A DNA stretch of 63,304 nucleotides, the filler included, from Reclinomonas americana ATCC 50394 (lineage: Eukaryota), in assembly GCA_048213135.1 (NCBI GenBank). It is 9 parts of 6 records of this genome, joined end to end, with 100 filler letters (N's around TTAATTAATTAA, not from the genome) between each part and the next. Parts side by side here need not be neighbours in the genome. Positions count along the whole stretch, not along the records: positions 1 to 7,297 come from PS015937.1; positions 7,398 to 20,044 come from PS015938.1; positions 20,145 to 22,154 come from PS015938.1; 6 more parts are not named here. One strand, written 5' to 3'. The position numbers and the translations under genes were made by a program. The first letter of the stretch is position 1. The number at the start of each line of letters is the position of its first letter. Under the pieces are notes generated by a model that had not been told where the DNA came from, searched no databases, and saw nothing but the letters and a program-made list of their open reading frames with translations. This document shows, piece after piece, positions 1 through 20,700 of the stretch.

Positions 1-180
1 GCACTGTGAGTAATGAGCTGGAGAACAGAAACAAGAGAGAGAGAGGGAGAGAGATCGGGCGAGCGAGAAGAGAGAGAGAAGAGAAATGAGGGAGAGAGAA
101 ACACGCAGAAAAGTTTGCTGGTCATTTGAAGACGTCAGTAGATAAGACAATAGAGAATCTCTTTGTGTTGCTCATGGCAG

Positions 181-3100
181 GAACTGTGCTGATGCAGTGG
201 GCGTTCCGGGAGATTCGTCGCCGCTGCGCTGACGCGCCGTTGAGGTTTGTGTGCATTCTGATGGCGAGGGTTTTTATTGCCTCCGCTCATGATCTCTGTC
301 GCGCACAGCGACACTCCGGACGACTATTCCGTGCACAATCCTCGACGTGTGCATTTCGCTCTCGCGATTATCAGCAACCTGATTCAGACGGCACGAGGTG
401 AGTGACGGGGGAATGAAGGAGTAAGGAAAAGAGTGGCTCAGAAGAAGACAGCAGCACGGCAGTGGGCACTGTGCACAATCTCTGACGCTGTGTGGGAGCG
501 ATGCGCAAAACTTCGATTGCCACAATCGTTGGCCGTTTACCAACTCCTCGCCCTTTCTCCATCGCAGACTACGACGCCGTTGCTGACGCCATGTTCACGG
601 AGGAAAACGCCGCCGCTCTTCTCTGCGTGTGTACTAGTGGTGGGGCGTTGTCGCTGAATGCGGGATGGCGACTGCGCGACGTTGCTTGTGCCGTATTGTG
701 TGAGTTCTTGGTGGCGTGTCCCGTTCCGCTGTTGCGGCGACGATTGTTGCCGGTTCTGGAGGCGGTGTCTGCGCTGCTCAGCACGGTGAGTGTGACTCAA
801 GGAGAAGAGAGAATTGTGAGGAGGATGGAAGACTGTCGACTCACATGTTTGTGAATAGTTTGAGTCGCAACATGCGCCCTCGAGCGAGCTTGTCCTCACT
901 TGCTCTCTGTTGCATGCCATGCACGCGGAGAAGAAACGGTGAGTGTAATCGTTTGATTGTTGCTGTGGATATTGCTAACTCGTGCGTGATTGCTTTGTAG
1001 TGATGTTCCGAGTACCGCTGTGCAAGAAGCACTTGCTGTAGTGCAGGATTTGCAGGCTGTGAGATCGGGTGGAGATGGTGCGTGTGGGAGAAAAGGGAAG
1101 GGGAGCGCAGAGGGAGTAATTGTAGAAGTCAGCGTAGCAGGAAGTGTTCTTCTAATTTTCTCTGTCGTCCGTCCTTCTGGCCGAGAAAAATAGAAGGCAG
1201 GGAGCGCAGAGGGTGTGCTGCTGGAATTCAGCATGTGATAAGTGGCATGGCAGGAAGTGCTCTGCGTTCGTCTCTCCTTCTTGCCGAGAAAAAAAGTAGG
1301 CAGAGAGCGCAAAGGGAGTTTTGATAGAAGTCAGTGTGCAATGCTTAAAATTGTTCTGTTCATTCTCTTGTTCGTCTTTCCTTCTCGCCGAGAGAAAGAA
1401 GGCAGGGTCGCTGTGGGGTTGCTGACAGAAGTCAGCTGATGCTTGAAGTGTTCTGCACGTTTCTTATTCGCCACTCCTTCTCGCCGAGATACACAAAGGC
1501 AGGGAGCGCGGAGGTAGTTTTGATAGAAGTCAGTGCGTGATTTCTGGCATGGCAGGAAGTACTCTGCGTTCGTCGCTCTTTCTTGCCGAGAAAGAAAAGG
1601 AGGCAGAGAGCGCAGACGGAGTCGGTATTTGATGTGTGGATTGTTTTTTCATTCTGTCGTTCGTCTTTCCTTCTCGCCGAGAGATAAGAAGGCAGGATCG
1701 CTGTGGGAGTGCTGGTAGAAGTCAGCATGTGGTGCTTGAAGTGTTCTACACGTTTTCTCATTCTCCCGACTCTTACTCTTTGTATCGCGCTCGTCTTCCC
1801 GCGATTCATTGGGTTGATCCCATTCTCCTTCTCTTTATACAACTCAGCGACGCCTTGTCGCGCTGCATCTCTCCAATGGTGTTTTTCGTTTTCATCATCT
1901 TCTCTCTTCTTCTCGTGCCATCACTGTTCTATTGTGAGTTGAGCAAGTCAACAGCAGAGCGAGTGAAGAGTGAGTCGTGCCATCACTGTTCTATTGTGAG
2001 TTGAGCAAGTCAACAGCAGAGCGAGTGAAGAGTGAGTCAACTCAAGTCTGCGTAAGCTATCTGCTTCGTTGGTACATCCTATGCTGTGAGAGAGAGAACT
2101 TGTGGTGCTCAGTCCACCAATGCTTACTCCTGTCCCTCCCCCCGTTTTCAGTTCCACCACCTCCAACCAAGCTTGCTGCCGCGTGTCGACTGCCCAGTCT
2201 GCTCCACTTGCTGCATGTGACTGCTGACACGAGTCAGGTGCGGCACATTTCACCTCGCATCTTCGTGTGTACACGTCACTTATTCTTCCACGACACAGGC
2301 TGCTGGCGGAAATGCACTGCTCGGTGATCGCATTGAATCTCTGATGCCACTGGCGCTGCACCACGAACTCGGTGCTGTGGCGGTTCCGGGGGAGGTGAGC
2401 CGCCAGATCGAATCACTGAGTCGCGCGTGGTGAGTGCCCTTGCTTCGATCTACGAGCCCTGTGCTTCGTCTCTTGCTGATTGCGCCCTGCGTGTTCAGTG
2501 CGCGACTGGCCGCGCTGGATGAGCAAATCATTCCTCTGCTCGTCACTCAACTACTCCCGTTGTTGGACGATTACGACGGATCACTGCTGTGCGAGCCCGA
2601 CGGCAGCACGTGGAATGCGCTGGCCGTTGCGTTGTTGGCCGCCGGTGGCATGCAGGTGTGGAAGAATCATCAGTCCTTTCTCTTTCTTCTTCTCTCGTTT
2701 CCATTCTTCTGACGCGTGTTGTGGGGCAGATCGACCGCAACGACATTGTGCTGCGCTGCCGCCAATTGTGGCACGTCATGGTGTCACTGGTCGAGTTCTT
2801 GCAAATTGTGCCGCCGCGACGCACCGTGCGCGGGCTGGCTGTCGCTCACGAGTCGCCACTGGTTGGTGTTGTGGAGCGCGCCTTGCCGCTGTTGCACTCG
2901 GTGGACAGTGCGCCACTGGTGCTGTGGTGGATGCGTCATTCCGGTCCGCTGCTGCATCGTCGAGCGCAGCCGGCGCGTGTGGAGCCCACCTTTGTGCTCA
3001 ATCGTGTGCGTGCGAAGAAGCAGCGCCAAGGTGAATAAGTGCAGAAGGGAGGGTTGGAGGGAGAGGGGGAGAGAGAGAGAGAGTCGGAGGGAGAGAGACG

Positions 3101-5282
3101 GAGGGAGGAGAGGGCGAGTGAATGTGAGACAGGGTGAGAGTGTGCGTACGAGCGTATGTGTTAGGTTTGGGTGAGAGTTCGATTGTGTCTCTGTGCGTGA
3201 TTGTTTAAGAGCGTGCGTGTGTGTGATGTATCTGTCTTTTGTTTCTCGTCTCCGCCACCGTCTGGATCGTGTTGGCATCCTGTCGTTTACTTTCTACTTT
3301 CCTTCTCCCTCCCCCTCTTCACTCTTCTCTCTCTCTCTCCTTGCGTGAAGAAGCAGCCTGACGCATCTCCCTCGATTTCCATTCCTTACATTCTCCACCC
3401 TCGCTTCCTTGCCTCTGTTCCTTTTGTGGGTGAAAGGGCCACTGTGTGTACATTTACGTTTGTGTGCTTGTGGCTGAATCTATAAGTGTGCTTGTTTAAT
3501 CGTGTTGATCATGCTCGTGCATGTTTTCGTTCTCGTGTGTTTGTGCGTGTATTGTTTGTTTGTCTGTGTGCGTCTGCGTGCATGTTCCCTGTGTGTGTGC
3601 ATTTCTCTTAAAATTTCAGAGAGAGCCCTCGAGCGTGTGCGTACACACCATTGTTCGTGAAAGACTTCGCCTCAGTTAGCGGTCCTCACTTTCCTCCCCG
3701 CACAGCCCCCATTTCCGGCTCCGCTGGTTGGGACGCCACCGTGTTTGTGCAACTGGCCAAGCAACTGGAGGCCCTTCCACACGCACATCAGCTGACCGCG
3801 TTCAAGGTTCGCTTTGCTGGCGAGGGCGGTGTCGACGGTGGTGGTCTGTTCCGTGAGCTGTGGTCGGAGTTGTCGGAGGAGTTGAGTGCGCCCGGTGCGC
3901 TGCCGCTACTCGCTCAGTGCCCGAATGGTGAGTGAATGAGGGGAAGGGGGAGAGGGGGAAGAGATGGGTGAGAGAAAAGTGAGTTCTGACAGAAGGACGG
4001 TAAGTGGAGAGAAGTGAGAAAAGGAAGTTTAGCGGAGGAGCTCATCTTTGCTTCCCCTCAATCGCATTCTCTCTCGCTCGTGCCTACCTCACTTCTCCCC
4101 ACCACCAGCCCGTCAAAACGCCGGCGGCAACCGCGACATGCTCGTCGTGCAAGCGGCCAGCACCGGTCCCGCCGCCCTGCGCATGTTTGAGCGCCTCGGC
4201 TTTGTCCTCGGCCTCGCGCGCTCCTGCGGCGAGACCCTCAGTGTGTCGCTCAGCGGTGCGTTCTGGAAGGCCCTAGTCGGTGCGCCGCTGGTGGAGGACG
4301 ACGTCTTTGCGGTCGACACGTTTTTCGCGCAGTGGCTTGTCAAGCTGCGACAAGGCCTGCGTGGCGGTCACGCTCGCGGTTCGGCCGCCGGCAGCGGTAC
4401 AGTGGCCGAGGTGTACGGTGTCTCCTCATTCGAGTGCGTCATGTCGGACGGCTCGGTGCGCGAGGTGCTGCCGGACGGCAAGAATACGCCCGTCGAGTGG
4501 GAGACGCTGGGACAGTACTGCCAGTTGTGTGTGCGTGCAAGGTTGGAGGAGGCGGCGGAGCAGGTTTGTTGGAGAAGGAGGGTAGCAAAGGTTTGTAGTC
4601 GACTTGCTCACTTTGTTTTGGCAGATGGATGCAGTGCGTCGGGGATTCTGCATGACTGGAGAGGAGAATCGGATGCTGTTGAGGTTGCTGTCACCGCAGG
4701 CCATGGTGTGCACATCTTCTTCACCGATGTGCGCCGTGCCTTCCACTCATCGTCCCTTTTGCAGGAGGCGACGATTTGTGGCAAGGCCGATGTCGATGTG
4801 GATGCACTCAAGGCCTGCACTATCTCCAGTGTCGGCGATGCGCTCACCGCGCGCCTGTTTGAGGTGCTGGCGCAGTGGCCGCCCGCGGATCGTTGCTCTT
4901 TCTTGCGGTGTGTTTTGATTGATTGGTGGAGTGTGGTTACGGCTGCTTACATGTGTGATTGATTGGTGGGAAAAGGTTTGTGTCGGGGAGGTCACGCATG
5001 CCGGCGAGGAATGCAAAGGATGCGGAGTTTGTGATTTGCGAGTTGCCGTGTGCGAGGCCGGGTGAGTAATAGGGGGAAGGAGGGGAAGACTTTTCCAATC
5101 ATGCTCACCAACGTGCATCACTTGCAGACGAGCAACTCCCCGAGGCACATACTTGCTTCTTCCAGTTGGACTTGCCGGCGTACTCGTCGGCGAGTGTGTT
5201 GCATGAGCGCCTCCTGTACGCGGTGCGGAACTGTGTCAGCATTGATCAGGATCAGGAGGTGGCGATGGATGTGTTTGAGTGA
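181..5282 (+). CDS. HECT-domain E3 ubiquitin ligase (HERC-like HECT), multi-exon, 5' end outside window
   Basis: Hand-spliced GT-AG exons stay in frame. The HECT N-lobe motif FKVRFAGEGGVDGGGLFRELWSEL is in exon 3620-3927, followed by FERLGFVLGLA and FWKALVG. FVSGRSRMP is in exon 4976-5061. The catalytic LPEAHTCFFQLDLPAYSS is in the last exon (5129-5282), which ends in TGA. Confidence 0.92.
1060..1760. repeat. Degenerate intronic tandem repeat (~110-150 bp units)
   Basis: The blocks ggcagggagcgcagag / tagaagtcag / ggcatggcaggaagt / cttctcgccgaga recur 5-6 times inside one HECT-gene intron. Confidence 0.75.
1913..2038 (+). repeat. 62-bp perfect tandem duplication containing a splice acceptor, 15-nt micro-exon and donor
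   Basis: tcgtgccatcactgttctattgtgagttgagcaagtcaacagcagagcgagtgaagagtgag starts at both 1913 and 1975. Confidence 0.9.
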
Positions 5283-5435
5283 ACGTGACGGGATGGAGAG
5301 CGTTGCACACAACTGCGTGATCGCAATGTTGAGGAAGCATCACGAGCGGAGAAAGCAACACGCAGTGGACTCCGCAGAAGTACTCCAGACGCGACGTCGG
5401 TCTTCTCTCGGGCGCAGCAGAGAACAAAAACAACA

Positions 5436-6950
5436 AACAACAACGTTACTAATCCATACAGCAACACAGCTGCATGATGATCACCATCTTGAGTGAGCAC
5501 CAGAAACTCAGACATCACGGGAAAAAACGAGAAAAAGTCGAGATGGCTAATGCTGGCGTTTCTGCAAGAGAAACCACGGCTCATGACAAACATGGATTTG
5601 ACGCCGAATTCCACAAAGGAAACGAGAAAGACAGCCAGAGGTGTTGGGTGTCAGAACACAGAGGAAACCCCAACAAAGCCAGGCAACGTACAAGTAAGTC
5701 CGGGAAGGAGCTGAGGTGTAGTTGAGTGGTTGTCGCTGATGATGGTGTTGCTCACGGGAGTTGTCACTGCCGCCTGTTGATTCTGGCAACGGCACCGGAA
5801 TGCGCCGACCAGATGTAGTGGTGGTGGCGCGCAGCGCAGCTGCACAGTTTCGACAGCAAGCGATCCGTGTCGTCACTGCTTCAACGCTCCCGAGTTGAAT
5901 GGCCATACATGTTGTCACCAGTCCGTTTCGGGACGATGCCACCAGAGCCAATGAGCTTTAGTGTGCCGTCAGCGATCAGTGTCATGACCAGTGTTGGCGG
6001 GAAGACAATGCTCGCGTCCGCGGAACTCGCGCGGCTGCGGCTATTAGGCCGCACCTAGGTTTTCTTGTTTCGCTCCTGCAGCTCGTAAATGGCCCGAAAA
6101 CTATTGGACGTTGATCTTGTGCTTACAGATGACCCAACAACCTTTTATTCGTTGTTTTCAATTTTTGCAGCTTACGCACCGTTCGCAACATCCAATATCG
6201 ACCATGACACGCTGAACGCCGTGATCGTTAATGGTGAAAAATGGAGGCCGTCTATCTCTCGGAGAGTACGTGGAATACGTAGGTGAGAGGCACCACTCGA
6301 CATCGCACGCGATCACAGCCGACAGATGTTGCTCCGGCAAATTGTCCCCTGCATATAAGCGTCTACCGAACACCATGATCGTGGCTGCGACAGAGCATGG
6401 CTGTTTCATAACCGAACATGCTCGGTATCAGACGCCACTGTGGTAACAACGTCGCAGCGTTGCAACTGAACGTCACGTTAGCGCACTGCGGACACAAAAA
6501 CACACGCGCGCAGCGCAGCGTCACGGTTATAACCGGTTACAGCAGACAATGTGGTAGAAAGTCGCCTAAAATAATAATAACAATGAGCATCTAGATCTGC
6601 TGTCCCCCACATACAAGCGTCTACCGAACACCATGATATCATGATCATGGCTGACATGTACACAAAACCATGATCGTGGCTGCACGCAGCGCTAGCGTCA
6701 CAGTTTCAGCAAACAAAGTGTTGGGTTATGTGTTCTGACACCAACACCTCTTGCTGTCTTTCTGCATTCCTGTTTGGAATTCGGCGTCGAAACCATGCTT
6801 GTCATGAGCCGTGGTTTCTCTCGCAGAAACACCAGCATTAGCCGTCTCGACTTTTTCTCGTTTTTTCCGTGATGTCTGAGTTTCTGGTGCTCACTCATGA
6901 TGGTGATCACCATGCAGCTGTCGCTGTTTGGATTTGTAAAGTTGTTGTTG
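5436..6950. mobile_element. Long imperfect inverted repeat pair (~5436-5660 and ~6730-6950), possible non-autonomous TIR/foldback element
   Basis: The left arm ...cagctgcatgatgatcaccatcttgagtgagcaccagaaactcagacatcacgg...gtgtcagaacaca is the reverse complement, with mismatches, of tgttctgacacc...ccgtgatgtctgagtttctggtgctcactcatgatggtgatcaccatgcagctg. No clear TSD or transposase was seen. Confidence 0.55.
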
Positions 6951-7297
6951 CGCAGCGTGCACGTGTCATGCTCATCATCAATTGCAAGCGCTACATCCCC
7001 GGTCCATCGCTCTGCCGTGCAAAAGCAGTACAACACTCGCGCGACTAGTACTCACACAACGTACACGCGCACACTAAAGCGGCCATGACGGCATAGCCGT
7101 CAGGATCCTTGTTAGGCCGCACCTAGGTTTTCTTGTTTCGCTCCTGCAGCTCGCAAATGGCCCGAAAACTATTGGAAATTACTATTGTGCTTACAGATGA
7201 CCCAGAAACCTTTTATTCGTTGTTTTCAATTTTTGCAGCTTACGCACCGTTCGCAACATCCAATATCGACCATGACACGCTGAACGCCGTGATCGTT
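6044..7297 (+). repeat. Dispersed 186-bp direct repeat (6044-6229 and 7112-7297)
   Basis: Both copies start abruptly at ttaggccgcacctaggttttc and differ by only a few substitutions. The second copy runs into an assembly gap. Confidence 0.9.
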
Positions 7298-7397
7298 NNN
7301 NNNNNNNNNNNNNNNNNNNNNNNNNNNNNNNNNNNNNNNNNTTAATTAATTAANNNNNNNNNNNNNNNNNNNNNNNNNNNNNNNNNNNNNNNNNNNN

Positions 7398-7520
7398 CGC
7401 TGTGCGCTCGCCTGCTTCGCTGTGCGCTCGCCTGCTTCGCTGTGCGCTCGCCTGCTTCGCTGTGCGCTCGCCTGCTTCGCTGTGCGCTCGCCTGCTTCGC
7501 TGTGCGCTCGCCTGCTTCGC
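7398..7520. repeat. 20-bp minisatellite (cgctgtgcgctcgcctgctt)n
   Basis: About 6 perfect copies next to the gap. Confidence 0.95.
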
Positions 7521-7568
7521 AGTCTCTCTTTGCTTTGCTTGTTTCTCACTTTCGTTCACCCCTCGCAG

Positions 7569-7655
7569 ACCATCAAGGTGTTTATTTGGTCCATCGTGGT
7601 GGCCACGGTGATCACCGCTGGCCTAGTCGCCATCCCCGAACTGGGGGTGATCTAA
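7569..7655 (+). CDS. Terminal exon of a membrane protein (upstream exons not seen)
   Basis: The acceptor cctcgcag is followed by TIKVFIWSIVVATVITAGLVAIPELGVI* (a hydrophobic helix, GC-rich third positions, TAA stop). Confidence 0.6.
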   Translation, partial: TIKVFIWSIVVATVITAGLVAIPELGVI

Positions 7656-7887
7656 AAATCCGCAGCGGCAAGCAAGGCAGAGGAGCAATCAGCAGCAGCA
7701 GCGTGTTCGGATGACAGCTGTCTCGTCAATGTGCCAATTCTCGTGATGGCACACCGAGGCACGCTGGAAAGAATACACGTAGCGCACTTGCTCACCTCAG
7801 CCGCAATGTACACACAATAATCATCGACGTCGACTTGGCGATTCGCACTGTCCTCTCCGTGATTGACCATTTCATCACAAAGCAAAA

Positions 7888-17337
<9,450 letters not shown>

Positions 17338-17719
17338 GAAGGAGAGAGAGATTCCTTGTTTCTTTGGGGCGAGTGAATGCATTGTTGTTGTTAGTGATTG
17401 GGGGAGGTTGATTTGCCGTCACGTGTCACGTTGGGTAATCGAGTCGGTGGGAAAAAGAGATTGCTTGTTTGTTTGTGTCGAGTGAATATACTTATCTTTC
17501 TGGTGGTCGAGGAGGTACATTGGGTGACCGCGGGGTTGTGAGCATGTGAGTGGAGGGCAAAGAGATTTCTTGTTTGGTGTGCATTGTTGTTGTTAGTGAT
17601 CGGGAGAGGCTTTTTTGCCTGATACTTCACGTTCGGTCACGAGTGGAGGGCAACGAGACTTCTTGTTTGGCGTGCATTGTTGTTGCTGTTGGTCGGGGAG
17701 CTACATTTGCCATGATAGA

Positions 17720-20700
17720 TCACGTTGGGTAGTCGCGCGGAGCACCGCCTTCCACACCCCACCGCAGCAGCTCCATGGTGTACATCATGAACATGCTGGA
17801 AGACTCGTTTTCGGTGACGCGTCGCACGGTGTTGCCGGGCACCAGCGTGGAGTACCACGCCGTGCTCACACTGGAGGTGCCGTTTGTATCGGTCGTCACC
17901 TTGACGCGGGCGCACAAAAAGCGACCAGCCGGCACTTCCACCTCTTCCGCACTGCGATGTGGTGTGAGAAACTGACAATGGTTCTTGGGGAGGCAGAGGG
18001 TGAGCGCAACAGCGACTCCATCTCTTCGAGGAAGGTGGTGCGCGTTGCCGCCGACTGCGACACCATGATGCGCCGCACCGGAATGTGACAGCCGGCGATG
18101 TATTCCTGTGTACAAGAGCAGGTGAGGGATGGTGGCAGGCGAAGAGACGCGATGGATATGCCGCGCAACTGCTGTGTGTTCCACGATCGTTAGCACTCGA
18201 CTGGCCGCCGATTCCTGGAGGAAGCAAGGTGGGTCAGCAACAGCAGGCTCGGGTCAGACAAGGAAGGTCCCCGGGTCAAGCGACGGAGCAAGAATAGACG
18301 GACAGAGAACAGCAGTAGAAAGGAGGGGAGAAGGATCTGATCCCCTGACTGCTCCAAAGTGAGTGGCCAACCGGTGTTCAACTCTGCTTTCTGCTACAGT
18401 GATTAGAGTCACACCACAAGGGTACTGAGATGAACGGAAGGGAGAGGGATCTGAACCACTAACAGCTCCAAAGTGAGTGGCCAACCGGTGTTCAACTCTG
18501 CTTTCTGCTACAGTGATTAGAGTCCCACCAAAAGGGTACAGAGATGAACGGAGGGGAGAGAGATCTAATCCTCTGACTGCTCCAAGAGAGTGGCAAACAG
18601 GTGTTCAACATTGCTTTCTGCTGCAGTGATTAGAGTCCCACCACAAGGTTACTGAGATGAACGGAGGGGAGAGGCACCTAATCATCTGACTGCTCCAAGT
18701 GAGTGGAATGCAACTGTACAACTTTGCTTTCTGCTGCAGTGATAAGAGTCACACCACATGGGTACACATACAAACGGAGGGGAGAGGGATCTAATCCTCT
18801 AACTGCTCCACAGTGAGGAATGCAGGTGTTCAACATTGCTTTCTGCTACAGTGATAAGAGTCACACCACAATTCACAGACGAACGGAGGGGAGAGGGATC
18901 TAATCCTCTAACTACTCCACAGTGAGTGGAATACAGGTATTCAACATTGCTCTGCGCTGATCAATGACACTAAAGATAAATAACGTACCCTTGAGGCCTT
19001 GGCCGTGGCTGCGAGAACTGCATTCACGTAGGGTGCTGTGAGACACCACTTGCAAAGTCAATCAGGATCTCGTGAAGCACGCAACTCTCTGGATTCTTCT
19101 CAGTTAGATTGCGCCATTCACCAGTCCCCATTGGGCCCAGGTCATCGCCGTCGTCGTCAGTGTCGTCGGTCGTCTCCTTTTCGCTTGTGTCTGCAGCTGC
19201 TGGTGAGATGGTATGCACGTCGTACGATTGAGAGGGAGATACGAACCTTGCGTCAGTCGGCGTGTCTTGTACGTGACGCCATCGATGGTAATGGCGCCGT
19301 GTCCGAGGTCAATGTGCCGGGAGCCGGGATGCACGCCCACGTCGAGTGGCATGGTGGTCTCGCTCTCCTGCGTAATCGGCAAAGGGATGAGCCGCGGACG
19401 TGGTTGTCGACGAGAAGAAGATTTACAAGAGACGCACTCCCTGCGCGACGGCCGTTCCACTCCGTAGCAGCGTCTGCAATGAGAAGAGCGGAACGGTGAG
19501 AAGTAAGAGAGAGAGAGAGATGAAGGTGCACACGAAAAACCAAAGTGTGTGAATCAGTGAATGCTGTTGTGTACATGTCTGTGTGTCTCTGGATGTGAAT
19601 TCGCGTGCATGTCTGCGTGTGTCTGTGAGCAAGTGCAGGTGCGGGTAGTTATGTGTTCATTCGTGTATTCGTGTGTGCCTATGCGCGTCATACGTAAGCA
19701 TGCATGTTCGTAAACGTGAATCAATGTACCAGCGTGTGTGAATGTTTGTGGTTGTCTAACCTTGACAGTAAGACACAGTGACACTCTGACGCGCGTACAC
19801 CAGCACTCACACAGACAAACACAGAAGCAGGGGGGAAAGAAAGGGAGAGGGAGCTGGAGAGAGAGAGAAAGATGGAGAGGGAGTGAGAGGGAGATGGAGA
19901 GACGGAGAGAGAGAGAGAGAGGCGAGGGAGAGAGAGAGGAGAGAGTACGTCGTGAGAGAGAGAGGCGGAGGGAGAGGAGGAGAGGAAGTTAGTGGTAGGA
20001 GTAGGACGGACGGACGGAAGGGGACGAGGAGGAGGTAGGAAGCGNNNNNNNNNNNNNNNNNNNNNNNNNNNNNNNNNNNNNNNNNNNNTTAATTAATTAA
20101 NNNNNNNNNNNNNNNNNNNNNNNNNNNNNNNNNNNNNNNNNNNNCGTACCGTACATCCGCCTTGCCGTACAGCAGCAGAGAGGGAAAGAGTGTGCTTCGT
20201 TGTTCTCTCTCTCCATCTCCCTCTCCCTCTCTATCCCCCTCTCTCTCCACCTCTCACACCCCCTGCGTCTCTCTCTCCCTCTATCTCCCTCTTTCTCTCT
20301 CCCATACCCTCTCCCTCTCCCTCTCTGCATCTCCCTCTTCCTCTCTACATCTCCCTCTCCCTCTCAATCTCTCTCTCTGCATCTCCCCCTGCCTCTCACT
20401 CTCTCCCCCCGTCGCCCTGCTTCTGCGTATGCATTCCCGCAAAATGTTCTTGGGTCAGGGGCATGGCCCACTCAGCAGCAAGCCCCACAAGGAGTCAAGG
20501 TCACAGCTGCCGGACTGCAGGTTCGTTTTCTCCAACTTCCACTCATGCTGCTGCTGCTGTATCTAATCATCGATATATGCATGTGCACACTCTCCGGCTC
20601 CCTCTCCTTCTCTCCCTCTCTCCCTCTCATTCTCTCTCCCTCCCCTTCTTTCTCTCTCTCCGTCTCCCTCGCACTCTCAATCTCTTCCTCTATCTCCCTC

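Noticed and set aside
7342..7353. TTAATTAATTAA palindrome, repeated at 20089, 22199, 31030, 33356, 43548, 50716 and 61566
   Set aside because: It always sits in the centre of a 100-nt N run, so it is an artificial six-frame-stop gap linker. Genes continue in phase across several of them. Adjacency across the gaps at 7342, 43548 and 61566 is unproven.
18320..18950. Possible CRISPR-like array (also considered for the 126-bp arrays)
   Set aside because: The whole unit repeats with no unique spacers, there are no cas genes, and the context is eukaryotic intron or coding sequence.
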